Shown here: positions 20,081 to 27,980 of the stretch, one piece after another
How positions within the stretch are numbered: the stretch's first letter is position 1
Layout: each line of letters starts with the position of its first letter
DNA from: a virus
Taxonomy: Duplodnaviria > Caudoviricetes
DNA: 64,000 nt
IMG/VR virus record: IMGVR_UViG_3300024493_000235
Coordinates: 64,001 to 128,000 of that record
Direction: 5' to 3' (one strand)
Position numbers and translations under genes: made by a program
The notes under the pieces: model-generated
The model's input: the letters and a program-made list of their open reading frames with translations, nothing else
What the model was told of the DNA's origin: nothing
Databases searched by the model: none

Positions 20081-20368
20081 TTATTTCTTTTTTGTTCGAT
20101 ATTTAAGGCATACAATAAGTGTAAATAAACATACTACACCCTCAGATATTTCTGTTATAAAAAAGACGATATCGGAAGAGAATATAAAAGAATATGCCGC
20201 CATTAAAGAATATCCTATGATCCAAACGATCCAGCTTGAAATTGCAATATCATCGGATTTCTTTGTACGAATTGTTTTTACTATTTGTGGAAAGAATGAG
20301 AAAAATCCAAAAGCATTACATACGATAAGCATAACAGCCGAAATAAAATTAGGTTCAAGTCCTAACAT
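20081..20368 (-). CDS. PQ-loop / SemiSWEET-like membrane protein
   Basis: FFPQIVKTIRTKKSDDIAI; three hydrophobic segments; AGGAG RBS. Confidence 0.75.
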   Translation of the reverse strand: MLGLEPNFISAVMLIVCNAFGFFSFFPQIVKTIRTKKSDDIAISSWIVWIIGYSLMAAYSFIFSSDIVFFITEISEGVVCLFTLIVCLKYRTKKK

Positions 20369-20496
20369 ATTTTCTCCTGATATTATTTAAATTAAAGATA
20401 GTTTTAGCTATATATAATATAACTAATAAAAGACACTTTAAGGTACTTCGATTAACCCAATGTTACTCTAGTACCGCAACACAAAAGGAGAAGTAT

Positions 20497-21093
20497 ATGA
20501 TGACATACAAAAACCAAAGCGAAATTCTTGATGTATTATTGGGAGTATCGTATGGTATTATCACAGGTACGAGTAAAACTAATAGTATCGATATTCTCGA
20601 TGTCGGAAGTGGTAAAACGAGTATCACAAGCATTGTAAACTCGTGTGAGGTTTTGGGTTTTAAAGCAAAAGTCGATGCCATTATTCATCCTGACGACAGC
20701 ATGAAAATTAAGTCTGTTAAAAATTTGCATCTTCCAAGTTATGTGCATATACATACCGAAGATATGAAAGATCTCAAATGGGAAAAACAGTACGATATTG
20801 TGTTTGCGCATTTATTTTTGGGATTTGCTTCGAGTTTTAACAGTTCGCTAAATTCCTATATGGCTTTAATGTCCGTATTTGGCATTAAAAGTAAAATATA
20901 TGTTATCATGGATTATAAGGAAAATCCGGATATTGCCTGGGATAATATTCGTATGCATCTTAGTGCTGTAAGAGACCATGAATATGGTAAGACTGTATTG
21001 TTGTACAACGAATTTCCGCTACAGAAACCTGTCAACTTTGCACAATTTACAGGGAAGACGGTTGTTAGCTATATTATTGCTAGCAAGAAATAA
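20497..21093 (+). CDS. class I SAM-dependent methyltransferase-like protein
   Basis: ILDVGSGK, YDIVF. Confidence 0.6.
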   Translation: MMTYKNQSEILDVLLGVSYGIITGTSKTNSIDILDVGSGKTSITSIVNSCEVLGFKAKVDAIIHPDDSMKIKSVKNLHLPSYVHIHTEDMKDLKWEKQYDIVFAHLFLGFASSFNSSLNSYMALMSVFGIKSKIYVIMDYKENPDIAWDNIRMHLSAVRDHEYGKTVLLYNEFPLQKPVNFAQFTGKTVVSYIIASKK

Positions 21094-21104
21094 TTGGAGG
21101 ATTT

Positions 21105-21409
21105 ATGAAAGTAAACAACGATTTGTTCAAACTGCATTCCCTCACAGTGTTTTGCAAGTTAAAAAAGTATATCTTACATTTCATGTGACAGATGAGACCG
21201 GTGATGTCGTTATAGAAGATATAAAGAATCTCACTCCAACAGATGCCGATAGAGATATCTTTCTTTCTGATCTTTCATTTGCTGCAACAAATGTCACTGT
21301 TAATTTAAAAAGTGAAAGTGCAAAAAATTCTGTTTATGATGGTGTATCTGTTGTAATTAGAAAAACAAGCATCGATCATTATGAATTTGTCTATGCAGAA
21401 CCGCACTAA
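21105..21409 (+). CDS. hypothetical protein requiring a -1 frameshift
   Basis: GGAGG + ATG 21105; in-frame A_AAA_AAG at 21161-21167; -1 frame open to 21409. Confidence 0.45.
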
Positions 21410-21438
21410 ATTTGTTTCTATTTACACAGGAGGAAAAC

Positions 21439-22122
21439 ATGACCACAAACGAAATCATGTCAAAGATTTGGGAAAACGACATGAACAAGCGACAGAAGGA
21501 CCATGAAGAAGAAAGAGAAAAGAGAAAATCGTATCGTAATGATTTTCTTCACTGGATGGATATGGTAACTCGTGACATTGCAAAAGCCGTGAGTACCATT
21601 TGTACCAATTTCATACTCGATACATCAAACAATGTTGAAAACGAAGTTGATGGTAAACATACTACCAAGTGTGTTGAAATCGGGGCTGGAAAAATTACAT
21701 TCGCTATTCCAATAAACAGTACAAGGATTATAAACTTTTATGGAAGCAGCGCAGAGAACTTCAACGACTTCGCAGACGGCATTACCTGGAAAATATTGTA
21801 CGTTCATCCGAAGGTGCTTCATATTCCAAATAACCTTAGAAAGGTTTTTCGAAGAATCATAAAAGATGAACCTCTTATTACAAAAGGTGCCATCAGTAAT
21901 GATGTACTTTCCGATGACATATTTTATGAAATCGTCGTTCCGCGCATTAGTTTTAAACAATGGGCAATTACATGTATAGAACGTTTGGAAAAACAAATTC
22001 GAGAGAATATGTCAAAAACGTTTGATACGATCGAATCTCTTAGCATTGTCGTCACAGAAATTAACGGAACGGATGAGACATTTACTTTCACTTGTGATAT
22101 TACAATTCCCTTTAATATCTGA
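21439..22122 (+). CDS. hypothetical protein
   Basis: Start MTTNE after AGGAGG. Confidence 0.75.
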   Translation: MTTNEIMSKIWENDMNKRQKDHEEEREKRKSYRNDFLHWMDMVTRDIAKAVSTICTNFILDTSNNVENEVDGKHTTKCVEIGAGKITFAIPINSTRIINFYGSSAENFNDFADGITWKILYVHPKVLHIPNNLRKVFRRIIKDEPLITKGAISNDVLSDDIFYEIVVPRISFKQWAITCIERLEKQIRENMSKTFDTIESLSIVVTEINGTDETFTFTCDITIPFNI

Positions 22123-22209
22123 TAATTATAGGGGCTAAAATTAGCCCCTATAATTATTTTTGTTTCTATATTATTTTTAGGTATATATCATTTATCTGGA
22201 GGAATAAAA

Positions 22210-22716
22210 ATGAATATAGCGTCATATAAATGTCTTACCATAGATCAGATAGAAGATGTCGTTAAAGTACTTCATCGAATTGTCCCGACTCTTAAAGTGT
22301 CATATGATCTTGGTAAAGCGGCTGTCCGTGTAGAATTTCCGGACAAATCATATTTTTGGATGATGGGTACGCATTTCGTTCCTGCAAGTGTGCATGACGA
22401 AGTTGATCTCGTTATCCATATCGATATGCGTGATAGAAACGAAGTAGATTTTGTACACACACTTTTAGCATCAGACAGATTCTTTCAATCGCTTATCAAA
22501 AACCATACTGTGTGGAGTTTTATGGAACCGGGCTTTATAGAAGAATGTGATAACGAATATTACTGTTTCACTTTCAGAGTCCATACTCTTCACTTTGAAG
22601 TCTGTTACGACGGTCCACACAATTGGAAGGACGAAATTAATCATGATTCTAAAGACTTCGATGAAGACATCAAAAAGGTATTTGAAAATGTAAAACAGCA
22701 CATGATGTCTTTGTGA
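22210..22716 (+). CDS. hypothetical protein
   Basis: Promoter at 22182, GGAGG RBS, terminator. Confidence 0.75.
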   Translation: MNIASYKCLTIDQIEDVVKVLHRIVPTLKVSYDLGKAAVRVEFPDKSYFWMMGTHFVPASVHDEVDLVIHIDMRDRNEVDFVHTLLASDRFFQSLIKNHTVWSFMEPGFIEECDNEYYCFTFRVHTLHFEVCYDGPHNWKDEINHDSKDFDEDIKKVFENVKQHMMSL

Positions 22717-22809
22717 TATAACATACGCCGCAAATGCGGCGTATGTTATTTTTTTGTTGCAATAATTTATTTAATTATATATAATAAAAATACACAGAGG
22801 AGATTTAAA

Positions 22810-23262
22810 ATGATTTATACGTCTTATTTCGCTATAGCGCAACATGTACCGTTTCCAATATCGATCGCTTTAAGGGAGCCTGGAAACTACCCTAAAATAC
22901 CGTTTTTAGCCCCAACAAGTGAGCTATTATATGCGTACAAGCATAAAAACGTTAGTGAGACCCAATATATCGAGATATACAACGAAATGCTTCACAAAAT
23001 AAAGCCCGAAAGGATTATCTCTGAAATAAAGAAATTAAAGAAGAATTTTTACTATACTGAAGAAGATGTCACGTTGTGTTGTTGGGAAAAATCTGGTTAT
23101 TTTTGTCACAGACATTTAGTATCACAGTATTTATCTGAAGCTGGATATATGGTGGCAGAATGGGCGAAATCACCATCTTTATATATTGCTAACGCTCCAA
23201 AACATGGAAAACTTGCACCGGGATCTTCTGTTTCAGAATCAAATCCTGACGGATGGATTTAA
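22810..23262 (+). CDS. DUF488-family protein (paralogue)
   Basis: MIYTSYFA, CCWEKSGYFCHRH. Confidence 0.7.
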   Translation: MIYTSYFAIAQHVPFPISIALREPGNYPKIPFLAPTSELLYAYKHKNVSETQYIEIYNEMLHKIKPERIISEIKKLKKNFYYTEEDVTLCCWEKSGYFCHRHLVSQYLSEAGYMVAEWAKSPSLYIANAPKHGKLAPGSSVSESNPDGWI

Positions 23263-23288
23263 AAATATTTTGAGTATATATCATCTAT

Positions 23289-23370
23289 ATGAGAAAATAT
23301 AGAGATTAGATTATTAAATCTTGAGTCGTTGACTCGTGTTAGTAACAATATCCTGTATAAGTATCAAAGG
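23289..23370 (+). ncRNA. structured leader motif, copy 3
   Basis: ATATAG...TCTT-GAGTC-GTT-GACTC-GTG...CTGTAT. Confidence 0.6.
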
Positions 23371-23377
23371 TTGTTAT

Positions 23378-23824
23378 ATGACTACAGCAATATATTTTAG
23401 AGACTTCACGATGACACTTCCTGAGAAAGACCGGAGAATAACCGCATTCTTAAGAATGATAAATTATCTCGCGGAGAAGAATGTCCACGCTTCAATACGG
23501 CACGAATCGGTTGAAGAAATGGAACTCACTGTATTCCGTACATCAAAAGAAAACGGTTACAGAGTTCTGTACTACGCGCAAGGCGATATTAAAATCGTCA
23601 TAGCCGATACATTTGGCAGTATCAACCAGCCCGCGATGTATACTAACATGGTGCAGGGCATTGTCGGCAAAGACGCTAAGGAAAATCTCGTCCACATCGA
23701 AGAGATCTATACATGCGACAGGAATCTCATTGGAAAGGTTATCAATGCGGACAGCGAAGAGAAAAAAGCTGCCGCAAAAGAAAATCTCAAGAAGTTTATT
23801 TACACAAACGATCCGATTCAGTAA
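23378..23824 (+). CDS. hypothetical protein
   Basis: Start MTTAIY after the leader motif; terminator follows. Confidence 0.7.
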   Translation: MTTAIYFRDFTMTLPEKDRRITAFLRMINYLAEKNVHASIRHESVEEMELTVFRTSKENGYRVLYYAQGDIKIVIADTFGSINQPAMYTNMVQGIVGKDAKENLVHIEEIYTCDRNLIGKVINADSEEKKAAAKENLKKFIYTNDPIQ

Positions 23825-23866
23825 ACGTATATGGAGACCAAAACGGGTCTCCATATATTATTTTTT

Positions 23867-24499
23867 TTACACTAAAGGATACTTAGCATTTTCTGGTCTA
23901 TCTGTTAATGCGAGTTTTCTTAAAGCAGCATTCCTGTCTACACCACCAGCTTCATCTGCTTGTTTTTCGGACCATCGAGTTTTGTAGTACCAATAGTGCC
24001 TATCGTATATACACCAAGCTACATGGAACCACCTATCCCACATGTTGCAAAACACCGAACTGTATACACCAACAGTTGGCAGGTATAGCCACCCTAATGT
24101 TTCTGATTGTCCTATTTTATGTCCTTTTTCATGTCGTATGGTATATAAATCATGGGCTGTATTTAAACAGATATATTTTCCCATTGAAAACCCTGAAACA
24201 TTACCAAGTATTTTATCATTTTTATGGGAACAATAATCTGCTACATAAATTTTAAAGCCGGTTAATTCTTCCATTCCGTATAGGAATTTTAATTCTCTCT
24301 GACTTAGCACAATAAGTCTTTCTTTCCATAAACGACTCATTCCATAACCCAATGCGTTCTGAGGTAATTGCCACACCCATTCAAATAAAAACTTACCAAC
24401 CTTTTTGGCGTAAAGTTTTATATAATCCAGTGCAGTTTTAAAAAATGGCAATATTTTGGTAGATAAAAATATACCGATTTTTGTAAATAGATTTTTCAT
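23867..24499 (-). CDS. late-expressed HExxH-containing protein
   Basis: WQLPQN, RHEKGH, LGWLYLP; late promoter 24513-24524 and GGAGG RBS. Confidence 0.65.
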   Translation of the reverse strand: MKNLFTKIGIFLSTKILPFFKTALDYIKLYAKKVGKFLFEWVWQLPQNALGYGMSRLWKERLIVLSQRELKFLYGMEELTGFKIYVADYCSHKNDKILGNVSGFSMGKYICLNTAHDLYTIRHEKGHKIGQSETLGWLYLPTVGVYSSVFCNMWDRWFHVAWCIYDRHYWYYKTRWSEKQADEAGGVDRNAALRKLALTDRPENAKYPLV

Positions 24500-24574
24500 A
24501 TATACCTCCATTTACAAAAATGTTTTTCTACGATCCTATCGTATCTACATAAATCTTAAATATATATCATATTA

Positions 24575-24655
24575 ATGAGAGATAAGATATTTAGATTATA
24601 ATGTCTTGGATCGTTGATCCGCGCATGTAACAAGTATATCTTATGATATCAAAGG
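24575..24655 (+). ncRNA. structured leader motif, copy 4
   Basis: ATAAGATAT...TCTT-GGATC-GTT-GATCC-GCG...ATATCTTAT. Confidence 0.6.
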
Positions 24656-24663
24656 TGATAATT

Positions 24664-25338
24664 ATGAAAATTAATAGCATGATGTTTCAAAAGAAACGTA
24701 TACCTCTTACATGTTTAAAAAGCATTGTTGACATGCATCAGAAAGCGTGGTCTTTCGATTTGGGATCTCCATTCCTAAATTGGATTGCGGTTCTTGTAAA
24801 AGTGTGCGATAAAAAGAACCGAAAGCACAATGTATGTGTTTTAACGTTTGATATGAGCGAATTAGATTGTAAAACACTTAAACTCAGAGTTGACGAACTT
24901 ATTGGTTTTGCTCTAGTGTACAATGCGAATAAGCCAAAACAGTACCACCCGATTTTATGTATGATATACTGGTTTTGTTATATCATACTCCTATTTTCAA
25001 AACATGGACGTGGGTGTCTACGATGGAGAAAAATGTTCGCGTCACATCAAGAAGCTGCCTTAACTCTAGGAAAACAAGCATTATTCGGTTTGACAAAAGG
25101 AAAAACTTCGGAAGGCCTCGTTATTGTTACAGACCCAAAATTTCAAAAACAAGGTGTGTACACAGGTATGATGAATGCGATATTCAAAAATATGAAAGGA
25201 TATTTTATATTTCACACATCGACAGATTGTACATACCAAGCACATAATCGTTTTGAATGTAAAAAGATTTTTGAGGTTCCAATGTTTTTCCCTGAAAAAG
25301 AAATAACGTTTATAATGTACAAGAAGCTCGAAGTCTAA
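24664..25338 (+). CDS. GNAT-like acetyltransferase
   Basis: VTDPKFQKQGVY resembles the acetyl-CoA-binding motif A. Confidence 0.5.
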   Translation: MKINSMMFQKKRIPLTCLKSIVDMHQKAWSFDLGSPFLNWIAVLVKVCDKKNRKHNVCVLTFDMSELDCKTLKLRVDELIGFALVYNANKPKQYHPILCMIYWFCYIILLFSKHGRGCLRWRKMFASHQEAALTLGKQALFGLTKGKTSEGLVIVTDPKFQKQGVYTGMMNAIFKNMKGYFIFHTSTDCTYQAHNRFECKKIFEVPMFFPEKEITFIMYKKLEV

Positions 25339-25350
25339 AGGAGGCGCAGC

Positions 25351-25521
25351 ATGGAAAAGATAAGATGTAAGAAATGCGGCAGAGCGCTGAAGTCCTGTGA
25401 AAAGAATTTATGTCCGTATCACCGAAACTTACTTGATAGAAAAATCAAGGTGTTCACAATAGTATGCGGTGTCGCTGTTATCATCTTTATAATCATCGGT
25501 GCTATTTCAAAGATGATGTAA
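25351..25521 (+). CDS. small Zn-ribbon + transmembrane protein (56 aa, not in the ORF track)
   Basis: AGGAGG RBS; CKKCG...CPYH then a hydrophobic segment. Confidence 0.65.
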   Translation: MEKIRCKKCGRALKSCEKNLCPYHRNLLDRKIKVFTIVCGVAVIIFIIIGAISKMM

Positions 25522-25537
25522 TGCATAGGAGCGAAGT

Positions 25538-25795
25538 ATGAAAAAGAAAGTTCAGTATTACACCATTCAAGAAACGTGCAAAATAATGCATATAAGTTTA
25601 AGTACTGCAACACGTGGATTACGAGCATTAAAAGATAAACCTTGGACTGAGGCTGTTCGCTTAAGAAATCGTCGTGTACTAATACCTCGGAAAGTTGTTG
25701 ACAATCTTTCAGACATACATCCGTACATTCCAATGAAGTATAAAAAGAAAAAGGCAGAAATAAAGCCGATTAAAAGAAAAAGTACAAAACGATAA
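25538..25795 (+). CDS. excisionase/MerR-like HTH DNA-binding protein
   Basis: YYTIQETCKIMHISLSTATR. Confidence 0.6.
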   Translation: MKKKVQYYTIQETCKIMHISLSTATRGLRALKDKPWTEAVRLRNRRVLIPRKVVDNLSDIHPYIPMKYKKKKAEIKPIKRKSTKR

Positions 25796-25884
25796 ATCAT
25801 TGGGGAGCTATTAGCTCCCCAATGTTATTTTTTTTAATATACATTTTACCTATATATAATTAACTTAAGATAAGGAGAATAAAA

Positions 25885-26289
25885 ATGATAAAAAACATAT
25901 ATGTCAATGATGATGACGACAGTGAGTTTGTCGGCGATGTATTTGTTGAATTACAACAACACAAGATACGTAATTTTAATGCTTTTCGTAAAAAGAAAAA
26001 TCATGATCCACACCTTTATATTGAAACGGTATACGATCTTTCAAAACAACCGATTCCAGATAGAGATGATGTACGATCTGGTATTATGATACCAGACGAA
26101 ACATTTTTCATACGCGTTCCAAAAGAAGAGTTGGATAAAGGTTTAATATCAACTGTCATATTAGTAAAACTTTTCGAGCATTATATCGACAGTAAGATAC
26201 TTAAAAAGCTTTTACCAAATGAAGAGAATCTGCGAGACATGATTAATACCGCCTTAAGGACAAGCAAAATGAGGTGGATTTATACATGA
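25885..26289 (+). CDS. hypothetical protein
   Basis: Promoter at 25851 plus RBS. Confidence 0.7.
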   Translation: MIKNIYVNDDDDSEFVGDVFVELQQHKIRNFNAFRKKKNHDPHLYIETVYDLSKQPIPDRDDVRSGIMIPDETFFIRVPKEELDKGLISTVILVKLFEHYIDSKILKKLLPNEENLRDMINTALRTSKMRWIYT

Positions 26290-26316
26290 TTCATACATAA
26301 CTCTGGAGGGCACTAT

Positions 26317-27075
26317 ATGGCTAAAACGAAAAAATGCACTTGTTGCAAAAAAATAAAGCCCTTATCAGAATTTCACAAACAAAAAGCCTATAAGGACGGA
26401 TATCGTAGCCAATGTAAAAAATGTTTACGTAAAAAAGATAAACATCGATACAATAACGATCCGGAGGTTATTAAAAAGAGAAAAGAAAAAGAAGCGCAAA
26501 AGAAGTTATTTCAGCAGCATTTGAAAAAACGATGCGCATGTTGTAAAAAAATAAAACTTTTATCTGCGTTCAGTAAAAATTCGGCAACAAAAGACGGATA
26601 TCAATATTTGTGTAAAAAATGCACAAGTGAAAAAGATAAACGTCGATACAATAACGATCCAGAAGTTATTGCAAAAAGGAAAGAAAAGGAGGTACGAAAA
26701 GAGTTATTTCAGTATTCGAAAAAATACTGTACCTATTGTAAACAGATAAAACCTTTATCTGCATTTCGCAAAGATTCAAGAACAAAAGATGGATACCGAT
26801 ATTGGTGTAAAGAATGCGTAAATACATATCAGCAAACACCAAAATGTAGAGAACGACGACGTAATGGTGCAAAAATATATTACAAAACCCACAAAAATAA
26901 TTGTAGCACATTACGCAGACTGGCAAAGGCATACTTTAAAGAATTAGGACTGGATCCTAAAAATGTAAGCGAAGAATTTCTGCTATTAAAAGCAGAGCAT
27001 ATAAGATTACGACGACAACTCAAATCAAAGGAGAAGAAAAATGGCAGTTCCAAAACCGGAGTTAAGCGTGGATGA
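26317..27075 (+). CDS. triple Zn-finger basic protein (homing-endonuclease-type N-terminal repeats, no nuclease motif seen)
   Basis: Three copies of CxxCK-IKxLS-F-K...DGY...CK-C. Confidence 0.65.
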   Translation: MAKTKKCTCCKKIKPLSEFHKQKAYKDGYRSQCKKCLRKKDKHRYNNDPEVIKKRKEKEAQKKLFQQHLKKRCACCKKIKLLSAFSKNSATKDGYQYLCKKCTSEKDKRRYNNDPEVIAKRKEKEVRKELFQYSKKYCTYCKQIKPLSAFRKDSRTKDGYRYWCKECVNTYQQTPKCRERRRNGAKIYYKTHKNNCSTLRRLAKAYFKELGLDPKNVSEEFLLLKAEHIRLRRQLKSKEKKNGSSKTGVKRG

Positions 27076-27280
27076 TGTTTATGAGACTATCGCAGAACAG
27101 ATACAAAAACTAAGAGCGAAAACGGTGAAAACAAGCGACATCGCAACAGCGAATGCTATTGCAAACCAGATCGGAAAAGGCTTAAAAGCTGCAGCTCTTC
27201 AGATCAAATATACCGAGTTAAAGAATACTGCAGCAGGAAAAAATATGTCGGTACCTATTGTCGAACCAAGGAAAAAGTAA
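27041..27280 (+). CDS. hypothetical protein
   Basis: AAGGAG RBS; terminator follows. Confidence 0.7.
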   Translation: MAVPKPELSVDDVYETIAEQIQKLRAKTVKTSDIATANAIANQIGKGLKAAALQIKYTELKNTAAGKNMSVPIVEPRKK

Positions 27281-27317
27281 ATTTATCCAGGAGCCTTAAG
27301 GCTCCTGGATTTGTGTT

Positions 27318-27827
27318 TTATTCTGTCCCTATTTTTTCTTTGAGTTTCTGCGAATAATCTGATATTTCATCTATTATGTTAGACACTTTATCGCAGAACC
27401 CTTTGGGCCGATTGGTCAACGTTGTATACTGATCCATATCGACATTGTCGTAAAAGTCTGGATCCAAAGCGTCAGGTACAACAAATCGTATTTCTTTGGG
27501 GAAAGGAAATACGACGCTATAGCAATCCTTTAAGAAAGCTTTTAATGATACAAGACGAATAAGTTCAATTACGACATCAGAATATGTATAAATACACGCA
27601 GGAAATGCGTGATGTACATATAACTTTTCTCCGAAATCAAGTAATTTCTTTTCAATCTCGTCGGGATGAATTGGAAGTCCTCCGTTAACTTCGATGTTAG
27701 ATTCCCTTAACGTTTGAGTAACTTCAGGCCAAAATAATTCCGACTCAAAGAAATGTACACCCTCCCATTTTTTCAAATCAAAATTCTTTGGAACTGAACC
27801 CCAAAATACATATAATTTTTTATCCAT
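27318..27827 (-). CDS. DUF3696-like / ABC fragment protein, paralogue 4
   Basis: LYVFWG, WPE..PIHP, YTYSDVVIELIR, PKGFCD; minus-strand promoter 27846-27855. Confidence 0.6.
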   Translation of the reverse strand: MDKKLYVFWGSVPKNFDLKKWEGVHFFESELFWPEVTQTLRESNIEVNGGLPIHPDEIEKKLLDFGEKLYVHHAFPACIYTYSDVVIELIRLVSLKAFLKDCYSVVFPFPKEIRFVVPDALDPDFYDNVDMDQYTTLTNRPKGFCDKVSNIIDEISDYSQKLKEKIGTE

Positions 27828-27980
27828 TTTTGTCTCCTTACCTCAATGATATATATTTATTTCAAAGGATCATACATAACAATCATAGATATTTTTCATA
27901 GTTATGATAGACCTAATATATCGTAAATACAAAGGTTAGGAGTATATATCATTTTGATATGTAAAAGGAGAATTACAAAA

